A stretch of 64,000 nt of DNA, from positions 1 through 64,000 of the forward strand of contig JAKFBU010000027.1 of the NCBI GenBank assembly GCA_036676985.1, in the 5' to 3' direction. The position numbers and the translations under genes are program-made. Source of the DNA: Candidatus Sericytochromatia bacterium (lineage in GTDB: Bacteria; Cyanobacteriota; Sericytochromatia; S15B-MN24; UBA4093). The stretch's first letter is position 1. Each line of letters starts with the position of its first letter. Shown here one piece after another: positions 52,597 through 63,100 of the stretch. Under the pieces are notes generated by a model. The model saw nothing but the letters and a program-made list of their open reading frames with translations. It was not told the DNA's origin and did no database searches.

Positions 52597-53925
52597 ATGA
52601 AGTCAGTCAGAGTCATTGCCCTTACAGCGGCCAGCGTCGGACTCTTCTACGCCATCGGCTGTCAGCCGACCACGCCGACGGCCAGCAATCCCACGGCTAC
52701 CCCCACGCCTTCGAGCAGCAACAACACCACCACGGACAACGGTTACCTCAAGGTCCCCGCGTCCCACAAGTATTACGCCCAGGCCGACACCACCTGCGTG
52801 AGCTGCCACACCAACCTCGATCCCACCACCGGAAACGCGGTGCGCTTCATGCCGTTTCCGGACGGCCACGAGAAGAAGTCGCCCACGAACTGCGTGAGCT
52901 GCCACCAGACGGCCGCAGAAACGGCGCCGCCCGTCGTCAACATGACCGTCGCCAAGGTGGCGACCGGGCCTGACAACGACCCGGCGACCAACGACACGCT
53001 CTGGGCGGGCGCCACGGAGGCCGCCATCCCGGTGCAAGGCGGCGTCAACAAGAGCGAGACGACCATCAAGATGAAGGCCGTCCATGACGGGACCTACGTC
53101 TACTTCCGGGCCACCCTCGACGACCCGACCAAGAGCCTCGAGCGTCAGCCGTACGTGAAAAATGCCGACGGCACGTGGACCAAGACGAAGGCCTGGCCCG
53201 ACAAGTATGAGGACAAGCTCGCCTTCATCTGGGACAACCCGGAGAAGCCGATGACGGGCTTCAGCACCCAGGGCTGCGCCGTCACGTGCCACTCGGCTGG
53301 ACCGAGCGACAAGTACGGCCGTCCCGTCAAGTATGCCCCGGCAGCCGGCCAGTTCGGCGACATGTGGCACGCCAAGACCGCCCGCCATGCCGCTGTTCCC
53401 GAGCTCAAGCAGATCGACGACCAGAGCGTCTGGTATCCGGATGATCTCTCGAACCCGCTCTCCACGACCGATACCCTCAAGGACGGCGGCCGCAAGGGCG
53501 ATGCACAGCTCTCGACCAGTACCAAGGGCGACTACACGACCAACGACAAGGACTCGGGCGGTCTGCCCAAGTGGATGCCGGCGGGTGACGACACCAAGCT
53601 CAAGGCGGGCGTCGGCAGCAACCCCTTCTGGATGCTCGCGACCCAGAGCTTCAACCCGGACAAGTTCGCGGTCGGAGACAAGCTGGCCTCGCACCTGGCC
53701 AAGCGCCTCGAGGGCAGCCGCGGGGACATCGACGGTTATGCCGTCTGGTCGGGCGGCGTGTGGACCTACGAGTTCAAGCGCAAGCTCGACACCGGCGACA
53801 CCTCGGGTCGCGACACCAAGTTCTTGCCCGGACAAACCTACACCATGGGGGCTGCCTATTTCGACAACAACCAGATCGGACACGCCGTCCAGTTCGGCGT
53901 GACCAAGGTGACCTTCGCTCAGTAG
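52597..53925 (+). CDS. Multiheme c-type cytochrome lipoprotein with an ethylbenzene-dehydrogenase-gamma-like (EB_dh/DOMON) domain
   Basis: AGGAGG RBS; lipobox AIGC; CVSCH twice, CAVTCH; KAVHDG.YVYF..YEDKLA..W..DMWH..WTYEFKRKL.TG. Confidence 0.8.
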   Translation: MKSVRVIALTAASVGLFYAIGCQPTTPTASNPTATPTPSSSNNTTTDNGYLKVPASHKYYAQADTTCVSCHTNLDPTTGNAVRFMPFPDGHEKKSPTNCVSCHQTAAETAPPVVNMTVAKVATGPDNDPATNDTLWAGATEAAIPVQGGVNKSETTIKMKAVHDGTYVYFRATLDDPTKSLERQPYVKNADGTWTKTKAWPDKYEDKLAFIWDNPEKPMTGFSTQGCAVTCHSAGPSDKYGRPVKYAPAAGQFGDMWHAKTARHAAVPELKQIDDQSVWYPDDLSNPLSTTDTLKDGGRKGDAQLSTSTKGDYTTNDKDSGGLPKWMPAGDDTKLKAGVGSNPFWMLATQSFNPDKFAVGDKLASHLAKRLEGSRGDIDGYAVWSGGVWTYEFKRKLDTGDTSGRDTKFLPGQTYTMGAAYFDNNQIGHAVQFGVTKVTFAQ

Positions 53926-54014
53926 CGACAGGTACGGGACGCCGCCTTCTGGTCGGCGTTCCGGGGCCTGGTGACTCCCTACCGAGCTCCTCATTCGACC
54001 AACCTACCGCAGCA

Positions 54015-54042
54015 ACGGGCCGGCTCTCAGGAGCCGGCCCGT
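54015..54042 (+). terminator. Hairpin after the cytochrome gene
   Basis: acgggccggctc-tcag-gagccggcccgt. Confidence 0.6.
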
Positions 54043-54158
54043 CGCGTGGCCGGGTATCCTGCTTGCTGCTCCGGACCGTGCCCGGTCTCGTGTTATAGAT
54101 CGACCGGCGATGGGGAACGCCGAGCGTATCGATCGCTCGCCAGCAAGTGAGGGGGCGC

Positions 54159-56918
54159 ATGATGCGGACCGGGGTCACGACGGACCAGCTCGAGGGATGC
54201 TTCGAGCGGGACTTCCGATTCCTGCTGGACACGTTTCGCGGGTTGCTCGAGGGCCTCGGGGAGCCCCTCGTCCGCTACCTCCCGTGGCAGGGGCGCCCGC
54301 CCGACGTGGCGGACGTGACCTGGCTCCAGGACGCCGAGCGACTCATGCAGCTGCATTCCATCTCTTTCTCGCTGCTCAACCAGGCCGAGGACAGCGCGTC
54401 CGTCGAGGCGCGGCGCCAGCGCGAGGCGGTGGAGGGCATCGGCCAGGAGCCGGGCCTGTGGGGGCATGCCCTGAAACGCATGCTAGCGGCCGGGCTCGAA
54501 CCGGCCCGGATCGCCGATGAGCTCGCCCTGCTCTGGGTCGAGCCCGTGCTCACGGCGCACCCGACCGAGGCCAAGCGGGCCACCATCCTCGAGCACTACC
54601 GGGATCTCCATGGCCTCTTGATGGAGCGCATCCATCCCATGACGCCGCTCGAGGATCGCGACAACCGGGACCGGACCGGGCGCGTGCTCGAACGCATCTG
54701 GCGCACGGGCGATATCTTCCTGGAGAAGCCCGACGTGGCCTCGGAACTGAGGAACGTCCTCTACTACCTGCGGGAGGTCTTCCCGTCGGCCGCGGCCGTC
54801 ACGCGCCGACGGCTGCGGGTCGCCTGGGAGGAGGCGGGGCTCGATCCGGCGACCCTGCACGTCATGCCGCTCCTGTCCTTCGGGGACTGGGTCGGGGGCG
54901 ATCGTGACGGCCACCCGCTCGTGACCGCCGAGGTCACGCAGGGGACCCTGCACGAGCTGCGCCTCAACGCCCTTGTCGGGATCAACCGGCAGCTCAACGA
55001 TCTCGCCGAGCACCTGAGCCTCTCGGCTCGCCTGCAGGAGCCCCCTCCCCCCCTGGTCGCACGGATCGAGACCCTCAAAGAGCAGCTTGGAGCCAGAGGC
55101 CTCCAGGCCATCGAGCGCAACCCGGAGGAGCCGTGGCGCCAGCTCCTGAACCTCATGATCGCGCGGCTGCCCGTGGACGTGGCGCGCCGCCATGCGCTCA
55201 AGCTCAACGAGTTCGAGGGATCCTACCGTTTTGCCGACGAGCTGATGCTGGATCTGCGTCTCTTGCAACAGTCGCTGTGCGTGGTGGGGGCGTCACACCT
55301 CGGCGAGGCCGAGGTCCAGGACACCCTCGACTGGCTGCGGGCGACGGGGTTCCATCTGGCCGCCCTGGACATCCGCCAGAACAGTCGGTTTCACGACAAG
55401 GCCGTCGCCCAGCTCCTCTTGGCGGCCGGGCTCGACGGCACGGGTTACGCCGAGTGGCCGGAGGAGCGCCGTCTTGAGTTCCTGAACGCGGAGCTCCGCT
55501 TCATGCGCCCGTTTGCCCTGTCTTCCCGCTCCATCGGTCCCGAGGCCGACGCGGTGCTCGGCACCTATCGCGTGCTGGCCGCCCATGCCGACCGCTACGG
55601 CCGCGAGGGTCTGGGGGCGCTCATCGTGAGCATGACGCGCGGCCTCTCGGATCTGCTGGCGGTCTACCTGCTCGCCCGAGAGACGGACCTCGTGACCTCC
55701 GGCCCGGATGGCCTGGCCTGCAAGCTGCCCATCGTACCGCTCTTCGAGACCGTCGACGACCTGGAGCGAAGCGCCGGCATCATGGCCGCCTTCCTCGCCC
55801 ATCCCATGACGCGCCGCAGCATGGCCTACCAGGTCGGGACGGTCGGGCAGGATCGCCCCATGCAGCAGGTGATGGTCGGCTACAGCGACAGCACCAAGGA
55901 CGGCGGCATCCTGGCGGGACAGTGGCATCTGTATCACGCCCAGGAGGCCCTGACGGAGGTGGGACGCCAGGCGTCGGTGGTCATTCGCTTCTTCCACGGG
56001 CGAGGGGGGACCATCAGCCGTGGGGCCGGCCCCACCTATCGCTTCTTCGACGCCCTTCCGCCGGGATCCGTGCAGGGAGCCATCCGCATGACCGAGCAGG
56101 GCGAGACCATCGCCCAGAAGTACGGCAACCTTTCCCAGGCCGCTTACAACCTGGAGCTCCTCATGGCCAGCGCCGCCGAGGTCTCCTTCCTCAAGGAGCG
56201 ACCCGCAGCCCTCGAGCCAGACGTCGCATCGGTCATGGAGCGGCTGGCCGTCCTGAGCCGGGAGGCCTACGAGGCCTTGATCCGCGACCCCGGCTTCATG
56301 ACGTTCTACTCGCAGGCCACGCCCATCGACGCCATCGAGGAGAACCGGATCGGCTCGCGGCCGTCCCGGCGCACCGGGCTCCGGACGCTAGCGGACCTGC
56401 GGGCCATTCCCTGGGTGTTCAGCTGGTCCCAGTCGCGCTTCCACCTGCCGGGCTGGTTCGGGGTCGGCACCGCCCTCGAAACCTTGAAGCGAACGGACCC
56501 GGGGGTGTTCGAGACCCTGCGCACCCGGGGCATGCAGTGGCCGTTCCTCGCCTATGTCCTCACCAACGTCGAGACGAGCGTCAACACGGCGGACCTGCAG
56601 GTCATGCGGCAGTACGCGGCCCTGGTGGCGGACGCGGCGGTCCGCGAGCGCCTCATGGGCGTCATGGAGGCCGAGTACGAGCGGTGCCGCCGTCTCCTCC
56701 AGGAGCTGTTCGAGACGCCGTTCGCCGAGCGCCGCCCCCTGCTCCACCGCTCGTTCGAGCTGCGCGCGGAGCCCCTGCGCTTCCTGCACCGCCTTCAGAT
56801 CGAGCTGTTGCGCGAGTGGCGCGCCTTCGACCGGAAGGGCCCGGCGGAGGATGCCGCGCTGCGGCGGGTCATGATGTCCCTCAACGCGATCGCGAGCGGC
56901 CTGCGCTCAACGGGCTAG
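54159..56918 (+). CDS. ppc: Phosphoenolpyruvate carboxylase
   Basis: VLTAHPTE, WVGGDRDG, QQVMVGYSDSTKDGG, FHGRGGTISRG, TEQGE, LRAIPWVFSW, C-terminal RSTG. Confidence 0.97.
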   Translation: MMRTGVTTDQLEGCFERDFRFLLDTFRGLLEGLGEPLVRYLPWQGRPPDVADVTWLQDAERLMQLHSISFSLLNQAEDSASVEARRQREAVEGIGQEPGLWGHALKRMLAAGLEPARIADELALLWVEPVLTAHPTEAKRATILEHYRDLHGLLMERIHPMTPLEDRDNRDRTGRVLERIWRTGDIFLEKPDVASELRNVLYYLREVFPSAAAVTRRRLRVAWEEAGLDPATLHVMPLLSFGDWVGGDRDGHPLVTAEVTQGTLHELRLNALVGINRQLNDLAEHLSLSARLQEPPPPLVARIETLKEQLGARGLQAIERNPEEPWRQLLNLMIARLPVDVARRHALKLNEFEGSYRFADELMLDLRLLQQSLCVVGASHLGEAEVQDTLDWLRATGFHLAALDIRQNSRFHDKAVAQLLLAAGLDGTGYAEWPEERRLEFLNAELRFMRPFALSSRSIGPEADAVLGTYRVLAAHADRYGREGLGALIVSMTRGLSDLLAVYLLARETDLVTSGPDGLACKLPIVPLFETVDDLERSAGIMAAFLAHPMTRRSMAYQVGTVGQDRPMQQVMVGYSDSTKDGGILAGQWHLYHAQEALTEVGRQASVVIRFFHGRGGTISRGAGPTYRFFDALPPGSVQGAIRMTEQGETIAQKYGNLSQAAYNLELLMASAAEVSFLKERPAALEPDVASVMERLAVLSREAYEALIRDPGFMTFYSQATPIDAIEENRIGSRPSRRTGLRTLADLRAIPWVFSWSQSRFHLPGWFGVGTALETLKRTDPGVFETLRTRGMQWPFLAYVLTNVETSVNTADLQVMRQYAALVADAAVRERLMGVMEAEYERCRRLLQELFETPFAERRPLLHRSFELRAEPLRFLHRLQIELLREWRAFDRKGPAEDAALRRVMMSLNAIASGLRSTG

Positions 56919-56997
56919 CTGGCTCGCTTGACCGCCGTTCGGAAACGTGGGCTAATGTGCCTGCTTTCCACGGCTGCGCTTGTTCAAGGAGGTGTCC

Positions 56998-57393
56998 ATG
57001 AGCTTTCACACCAACATTCTGCAGGCCGCCCGCGACAACGGGTACTTCCGCAAGGAGCTCCACACGACGGAGCGATCGCAGGTGGTCGTCATGAGCATCG
57101 AGCCGGGCGACGACATCGGCGCCGAGGTCCACGACCTCGACCAGGTGCTGGTCTTCGTCGCGGGCACCGGCGAGTTCCAGGTGGGCGACCAGAAGGGCAA
57201 GGTCTCTCCCGGTGACGTGGTCGTCGTCCCCGCCCATGCGGAGCACAACTTCGTCAACACGGGCCGGGAGCCCATGAAGCTCTTCACCGTCTACGCGCCT
57301 CCCGAGCACGCCCCGGGGACGATCCACCGGACCAAGGCCGAGGCGGAAGCGGCCGAGGCAGAAGAGCACGGCCGAGAGCACGCTCGTCACTAG
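56998..57393 (+). CDS. Cupin domain protein
   Basis: SQVVVMSI.PG..IG.EVH..DQ, EHNF.NTG, YAPPEH. Confidence 0.9.
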   Translation: MSFHTNILQAARDNGYFRKELHTTERSQVVVMSIEPGDDIGAEVHDLDQVLVFVAGTGEFQVGDQKGKVSPGDVVVVPAHAEHNFVNTGREPMKLFTVYAPPEHAPGTIHRTKAEAEAAEAEEHGREHARH

Positions 57394-58448
57394 CGCGCGC
57401 GTTCGCCCGACGTCACTCCTGTAGCGCCCTGTCGTCCGGCAGGGCGTTCGGGGTTTCGCAGCCAGGCGATGGTGTCGCGGAGCGTCTCGTCGGCCGGGCG
57501 AGCCCGGAAGCCCAGGTCCGGCTCGGCATACAGGGATCGCAGCCCCCAGTGGCGCGCGCCCATCTCGAGGACGACCGGGTCCGGTAGCAGGTGCAGGGCC
57601 CGCTTGCCGAGTGTCTGGTTGAGCATCGCGAGCGCCCACACGAGCCCGCTCGGCGCGTACCAGCGCGGCAGGGGCACCTCCCCGAGCCTGGCGACCATGC
57701 CGAAGAAGTCCGCGAGCGTGCTCTGGCAGCCCGGCGTGTGGTACACGGGCCGCGGCTGCGGGATCTCGAGGGCCCTGACGAGAGCCGGAGCGAGGTCCCG
57801 GATGTCCACGAAGTGCATGCCACCCCTCAGCAGGAAGGGGACGCGGCGCCGGAGGACCCGCGTGACGTTGCTCGTCGAGCGGGCGCGGTGGTCCCGGGGG
57901 CCCAGCACGACCGGCGGCCGGATGATCACGAGCTCCACGCCGAGTTCCCCGGCCAGTTTTCGTGCGGCCGCTTCGGCCTGAATCTTGGAGTGGTAGTAGG
58001 GCCAGTCTTTAACTAGCTCCGTGCAGTAAGGCGCTTCCTCGTCCGCCCGGCTCTCCTGCTCCTTGAAACAGCCGACGGTGCCCGAGGTCGAGACGAACAC
58101 CAGCCGGCACCGGTAGCGGGCCGCGAGCCGCACCATGGCGAGCGTGCCCTCGACGTTGGTGCGGATCATGGCCTCCGGCGACCGGCGGCTGTGCTGGACG
58201 ACGGCCGCCAGGTGCAGGATGCCGCCGAGCCCGTCGAGCAGGGGATCCGTGCCCCACCCGGACGTCTCGAGCAGGCCCCCTTCGATCGCGGGCACGGGAC
58301 CCAGGTCCTGCTGCCAGGACGTCGCTTCCCAGGTCGCGCGATCGCGCACCAGGGCGACGGGCTTCCACGAGGGCTCGCCCTGGAGCGCCTCCAGCACGTG
58401 GCGGCCGAGAAAGCCGCTCGCCCCCGTGATCAGCAGCGGCCGGCTCAC
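57390..58448 (-). CDS. NAD-dependent epimerase/dehydratase (extended SDR)
   Basis: GTG overlapping the upstream TGA; ITGASGFLG, HLAA, NVEGT, VSTS, YYHSK. Confidence 0.9.
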   Translation of the reverse strand: MSRPLLITGASGFLGRHVLEALQGEPSWKPVALVRDRATWEATSWQQDLGPVPAIEGGLLETSGWGTDPLLDGLGGILHLAAVVQHSRRSPEAMIRTNVEGTLAMVRLAARYRCRLVFVSTSGTVGCFKEQESRADEEAPYCTELVKDWPYYHSKIQAEAAARKLAGELGVELVIIRPPVVLGPRDHRARSTSNVTRVLRRRVPFLLRGGMHFVDIRDLAPALVRALEIPQPRPVYHTPGCQSTLADFFGMVARLGEVPLPRWYAPSGLVWALAMLNQTLGKRALHLLPDPVVLEMGARHWGLRSLYAEPDLGFRARPADETLRDTIAWLRNPERPAGRQGATGVTSGERAR

Positions 58449-61117
58449 CGGACCACCTCGGCCACGGCCGGCGTCGCGACCCACTGGATCTCCTCGCCCG
58501 GCCAGCGACAAGCGTCGGCATGGGCCGGGAGCGCCCGGGCCTCGGGGCCCCAGGTGTAGGCGCCGCCCTCGAGGACGAGGATCCCGCGCTGGACCATGTC
58601 GTCGAGGGCCGCCTCCACCTCGGGCCGGAAGGCCGTCGGAAGGGCTGCGAGCACGTCCCGCACCCCGCAGCGCAGGTCCCGGTCCAGGAAGGCCCCCAGG
58701 TAGCGGGCCACCTCCGCGTGGTCCCGGCACACCGGCTCGAACAGGGCGCGCAGGAGCGCCCCCGGCACGGGCTCCGCGCCGGGTACCCGCGCCGCGTAGC
58801 CGTTTCGAGCCACGTGGCTGCGGATCACGGGATGCTCGGATAGCTGGCGAACGGCATCCGCGTAGAAGGCATGCTCCCACTGCTGGCGCAGGCTGCGCTC
58901 CTGCAACGGATCGGCCGCCTCCTTGAGGGGCAGGACGCTGTCGAGCACCGGGACCCCGCGTGCTCGGAGCAGGCGGGCCAGGTCGCGGACCTGCAGCCCC
59001 GTCTCCGGGTGTGCGGAGAGGAACGCCCGCAGATGATACTCCGTCGCCACCGACGCCGCCTGCAGCTCGCCCATGACCGCCCGGCTCAGGTCCGGTACGT
59101 CCGTCTCGGGCCCGAGCGTGAGGGGCCGGCCGCAGGCTACGTGGACCCGGCCAAGCCGCACGTGGCCGCGCCACAGGTGACCGAGCCACTGGAGCACGGG
59201 GCCCAGGCGGTGGGTCGTGTCGGAGCCCCCGCGCAGCTCGCGCAGGAACGCCGCCTCCTCGGGGATGCGGTCATAGCTGATCATGACGGGCAGGATGCGA
59301 CAGGGCTGCTGGGTGCCTTGCAGGGCCCGCAGGAGGCCGCGCCGGGGTGCCAGGAACCGGCGCGAGCGGCTGCGCGTTCCCTCGATGAAGAAGGTCAGGG
59401 CCTGACGCCGCGTCACCAGCTCACCCACGCGGCGCGTGAGCTCCGGGTCCTCGCGGCCCAGGCCGCGCTTGATGTAGAAGGCCTGAGCCCAGCGCAGCAG
59501 CTCCCCGAGGAGGGGGATGCGGGCGAAGTCCTCGGTGGCCGCGATGTGCGGCAGCGGGAGCTTGAGGTCGGGCCAGGTGAAGAAGAGGTAGGGGCTGATG
59601 AGGAAATCCGCGTAGCTCCGGTGGCTGGGCACGACGACGAGCAGCTCGTCGGGACTTGCCCCCTCCATGGCGGCCTGGAAGGAGGCCTTGTCGACGGTGA
59701 CCAGGTCGGTGCCGCGCCGGAAGGCCTTGCGCAGGAGGAAGCCGAGCACCCGGTGCGTCGCGTTCCCGTTCGGCTGCCTCAGCGCCCAGAGGAGGTCGCC
59801 GCCCGAGGCCTGGTGCTGCTTGCCGCCCATCGACACCTGGTCTTCGCCGCGGCGCAAGAGGTGCCGGTGGATGCCGCGGGCGATCGTCTCGAAGTAGGCC
59901 ACGGTGTCGAAGGTCGGATCGTGCCGGGTATCCGACGATCGGAAGTCGAAGGTGCGGTGCGTGAAGTACCGGAAGCCCCGATTCAGGTAGAGCAGCCCGC
60001 CGAGCAGACGCTTCAGGGCCCGGGCCTGCTTCTTCTGGCCGAAGAGGGTGGCCGCGGCGAGGGCCGTGCCCCATTTCAAGCGGTGGTGAACGAACTCCAG
60101 CACGTGCAGCCGTGCGTTCGCGGGGCCCACGTGCACGAAGCCCGCCCGCGGCCCCACCGGAAAGCGATCGAAGTAGGGGACGTGGACGTCGCAGATCTGG
60201 CGGATGGTGAGCGCGCGCGCGAGGCCCGCCACCGCGTAGCGGATCCGCACCTCGTCGGTGCTCGGCGCGTCGAAGGCCGCGTCGAGCACGCGCTCGGCGA
60301 CCTCGTCGCACGGCACGATGTCGAGCCGGACGTCAGGATCGACGCCCAGCACCCGGAGGTAGCCCATGCCATACAGGGCCACGAAGCCCGCAAAAGCCGC
60401 CTTGCTGTCGATCCAGCCTGCGAACGGGAAGCGTCGGCACGCCGAGATGATGCTCGGCCGCACGATGGTCAGGGGCACGTGGCCGTGCCGGGCGACCAGG
60501 AGGTGCTCGGCGATGCACTTGGTGAGCGTGTAGGTATTCGCATGGCCCGAGGCTGCGAGCATGGCGGTCTGGCTCGCCGTCCCGTCGAGGATGCTCCGGT
60601 AGGCGTCCTCGGCCGACAGGGGCAGGGGGGCGAGTTCTTCACCGAAGGCGCGCGTGCCTCCCGGATGGGGAGAGACATAGGCGGTCGAGACATCGACCAT
60701 GGCCCGCAGCTGAACGCAGCCCTTGGCGAACTCCAGGACGTTCAGGGCGCCCGTGATGTTGGATTCCGCCGCCTCGGGCAGCGGCAGGTCGAAGTCCACC
60801 GAGGCCGCGCAGTGGATGACCCGGTGCACGTTCTTCTGGAGAAGCTCGCGATCGCCCCCCGAGAGGGCGAGATCCGCGGCCGTCAGGTCGCCCGCCACGG
60901 GCCGGCACCATGTGGACCAGTCCTCGGGCAAGAGCCGAAAGCACTCGGAGGACACGATCTCCTGCTCGAAGCGCTCTTCCGGCGTGCGGCCGCGCTTGGG
61001 GCGGATGAGGACGTAGACGGTCCCGAGGCCCAGCTCCTCGCGCCGGCGCATCAGCTCGGCGAGGACGACCTTGCCGACGAAGCCCGTGCAACCCGTGACG
61101 AACAGGGTTTCCCCCAT
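58445..61117 (-). CDS. Fatty acyl-CoA reductase fused to a GNPAT/GPAT-type acyltransferase
   Basis: N-terminal VTGCTGFVGK, HCAASVDFD, VSTAYV, NTYTLTK, RPSII; C-terminal PSHRSYADF (HxxxxD), AFYIKR, FFIEGTRSR. Confidence 0.9.
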   Translation of the reverse strand: MGETLFVTGCTGFVGKVVLAELMRRREELGLGTVYVLIRPKRGRTPEERFEQEIVSSECFRLLPEDWSTWCRPVAGDLTAADLALSGGDRELLQKNVHRVIHCAASVDFDLPLPEAAESNITGALNVLEFAKGCVQLRAMVDVSTAYVSPHPGGTRAFGEELAPLPLSAEDAYRSILDGTASQTAMLAASGHANTYTLTKCIAEHLLVARHGHVPLTIVRPSIISACRRFPFAGWIDSKAAFAGFVALYGMGYLRVLGVDPDVRLDIVPCDEVAERVLDAAFDAPSTDEVRIRYAVAGLARALTIRQICDVHVPYFDRFPVGPRAGFVHVGPANARLHVLEFVHHRLKWGTALAAATLFGQKKQARALKRLLGGLLYLNRGFRYFTHRTFDFRSSDTRHDPTFDTVAYFETIARGIHRHLLRRGEDQVSMGGKQHQASGGDLLWALRQPNGNATHRVLGFLLRKAFRRGTDLVTVDKASFQAAMEGASPDELLVVVPSHRSYADFLISPYLFFTWPDLKLPLPHIAATEDFARIPLLGELLRWAQAFYIKRGLGREDPELTRRVGELVTRRQALTFFIEGTRSRSRRFLAPRRGLLRALQGTQQPCRILPVMISYDRIPEEAAFLRELRGGSDTTHRLGPVLQWLGHLWRGHVRLGRVHVACGRPLTLGPETDVPDLSRAVMGELQAASVATEYHLRAFLSAHPETGLQVRDLARLLRARGVPVLDSVLPLKEAADPLQERSLRQQWEHAFYADAVRQLSEHPVIRSHVARNGYAARVPGAEPVPGALLRALFEPVCRDHAEVARYLGAFLDRDLRCGVRDVLAALPTAFRPEVEAALDDMVQRGILVLEGGAYTWGPEARALPAHADACRWPGEEIQWVATPAVAEVVR

Positions 61118-61121
61118 GGTC

Positions 61122-62936
61122 CTACACCGTTTCCTTCCCGGCGGCATGGAGGTTTCCGGCGCCGAACACGTTCTGCGGATCGAGGGCTTCCTTGGCGGCC
61201 TGGACGCCGCGCAGGGCCGCGGGCGACATGATGCGCGGCAGGAACTCCTGCCGGAGCTTGCCGACTCCGTGGTGATGGGACAGCGAGCCGCCGTTCGCGA
61301 GGACCTCCTCGCGGGCCGCCACCTCGATCGCGTGGTAGGTGCCGCTCGGGTCCTCGACGCCCTGGTAGCCGTAGGCGAAGTAGAAGTAGACGGCCGCCCC
61401 CGTGTCGTAGACCTGGGTGACCCGGCACGAGATGAAGGGCTTGCCGGGCAGGTGGCGGGCCGCATGCTCCTTGGCGATGCGCTGCTTGACGTTGGCGCAG
61501 AGGCCGGCGACCCGGCTCCAGGGCACGGACGTCTCGAAGGACTCGGCGAGGAACCAGTGGTTCATGACGAAGTCCCGGATGTAGGCGATGCCGTAGGTCA
61601 GCTGGTAGCCTCGCTTGCCGTTGTCGGGGCCGGCCTTCATGCCGCCATGGCGCTTGGCGAGCTCGTAGACGAGCGCCTCCTGCTGGGCGACCTCGGTCCG
61701 GGAGCCTTCGAACACGAGCGTGCAGGCGACCATGCGGTCCGGCTCGAAGCCGAGGACCTTGGTGACGAGCACCTTCTCGAGCTTGCTCTTGAGGGCCTTG
61801 AAACCCTTCGAGACGGGCTTGAGGGCGATACCGAACTGGAACTGCAGGTTGTCGACCAGGCGGACGCTGGCAGGGGCCCGGCCCGTCTGGGCGAGGTCGT
61901 ACATGAAGCGGGTGCCAGCCTCGAAGTCCTTGAAGAGCACCGAGCCGAACTTCTGGACCTCGGGCAGCGGAAACAGCTTCACGACCGCCGAGGTGATGAT
62001 CCCGAGGTTGCCTTCCGAGCCGAACCACCAGCGTCGGGGATCCAGCCCCGTCGACTCGCGGGGCAGGGCCGCATGCCGCTCGATCTTGCCGAGGGACGTG
62101 ACGGCCGTGAGGTCGAGGACCAGGTCCTCGATGTTCCCGTAGCGGTTCTTCTTCATCCCGCTCGCATGGGTCGAGATCCAGCCCCCCAGGGTCGAGAACT
62201 CGACGGAGTCGGGCTCGTGGCCCATGGTGAACCCGTACTCGGCCAGCTGCTGCATGATCGTCCGGCCCACCGCGCCTGCCTGGATGCAGGCCATGCGGTT
62301 GATGGGATCGATCCACAGGATGCGGTTCATGCGGCGCGTGTCGAGCGAGACGATGACGCGTTGCTCGTCCGCCGGGCAGCGGAGCGCCTCGGTGACGTTG
62401 GTGCCGCCCCCGAAGGGGATGATCGAGGCGCCGTGACGCTTGGCAGCCTCCACGACGGCCACCACCTGGTCCTCGTCGGTCGGGTACACGACGACGTCCG
62501 GCACGCGCGGCAGCCTGCCGTGCTTGATGGCGAACATGTCCGCCTGCGTGTGACCGTGACCGTGACGCAGGCGCACCTTGGGCTCCTGGCTGATCTGGTC
62601 CTCCGACAGCGCGCTCCGCAACTCGGCGAGCAGCCCGGGCGCGGCCTTGGGCTCGGGAATGGCCGGGGGGTAATGGGGCTCATGCCGATCGTCCGGCTCG
62701 ACCGGGAGCCCCACGACGCCCCGGAACCAGGGCAGGAGGTTGGGAAGCTCGTGGCCGCTGAGATCGGGGTAGCGCTCGCCCGTCACCTCCACGTGCCCGC
62801 GGGCGTTGACGCGAAAGGCCGTGTCCCGGAAGCCCCAGACGTCCAGGCTCTCCTCGTCCCGAGGCTCGGCGGGCGGCGGCGGCGGGTAAAGACGCCCTTG
62901 GTGCGAGGCGTCGGCGAGGTTGGTGGTCGAGTTCAT
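61122..62936 (-). CDS. agps: Alkyl-dihydroxyacetonephosphate synthase (AGPS/ADPS, FAD-dependent)
   Basis: HGHT, PFGGGTNV, GHEPDS.EFSTLGGWIST.ASGMKKN.YGNIED, GY.LTY.IAYIRD, ESFETS, CRVTQ.YD.GA..YFYF, SHHHGVGK. Confidence 0.92.
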   Translation of the reverse strand: MNSTTNLADASHQGRLYPPPPPAEPRDEESLDVWGFRDTAFRVNARGHVEVTGERYPDLSGHELPNLLPWFRGVVGLPVEPDDRHEPHYPPAIPEPKAAPGLLAELRSALSEDQISQEPKVRLRHGHGHTQADMFAIKHGRLPRVPDVVVYPTDEDQVVAVVEAAKRHGASIIPFGGGTNVTEALRCPADEQRVIVSLDTRRMNRILWIDPINRMACIQAGAVGRTIMQQLAEYGFTMGHEPDSVEFSTLGGWISTHASGMKKNRYGNIEDLVLDLTAVTSLGKIERHAALPRESTGLDPRRWWFGSEGNLGIITSAVVKLFPLPEVQKFGSVLFKDFEAGTRFMYDLAQTGRAPASVRLVDNLQFQFGIALKPVSKGFKALKSKLEKVLVTKVLGFEPDRMVACTLVFEGSRTEVAQQEALVYELAKRHGGMKAGPDNGKRGYQLTYGIAYIRDFVMNHWFLAESFETSVPWSRVAGLCANVKQRIAKEHAARHLPGKPFISCRVTQVYDTGAAVYFYFAYGYQGVEDPSGTYHAIEVAAREEVLANGGSLSHHHGVGKLRQEFLPRIMSPAALRGVQAAKEALDPQNVFGAGNLHAAGKETV

Positions 62937-63100
62937 GGAGGTCCTGTCATGGCGGCCGCGCCGTGCGACGAGGTGGGCCGTCGTCGGCGGCTACCGAGCA
63001 AATTCTTAACTATGCGATAGCGAATAGATTAGACATTGTTAATATATACTGGAGTCTAAAAGGTTGCACGTCAACTGTTGGGAAGGCCGGAGCACAAGAC

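Noticed and set aside
63003-63020. Possible fourth copy of the TTAA-N8-TAAGAA motif upstream of agps (minus strand)
   Set aside because: Only TAAGAA matches (CTAT replaces TTAA), in an AT-rich promoter region
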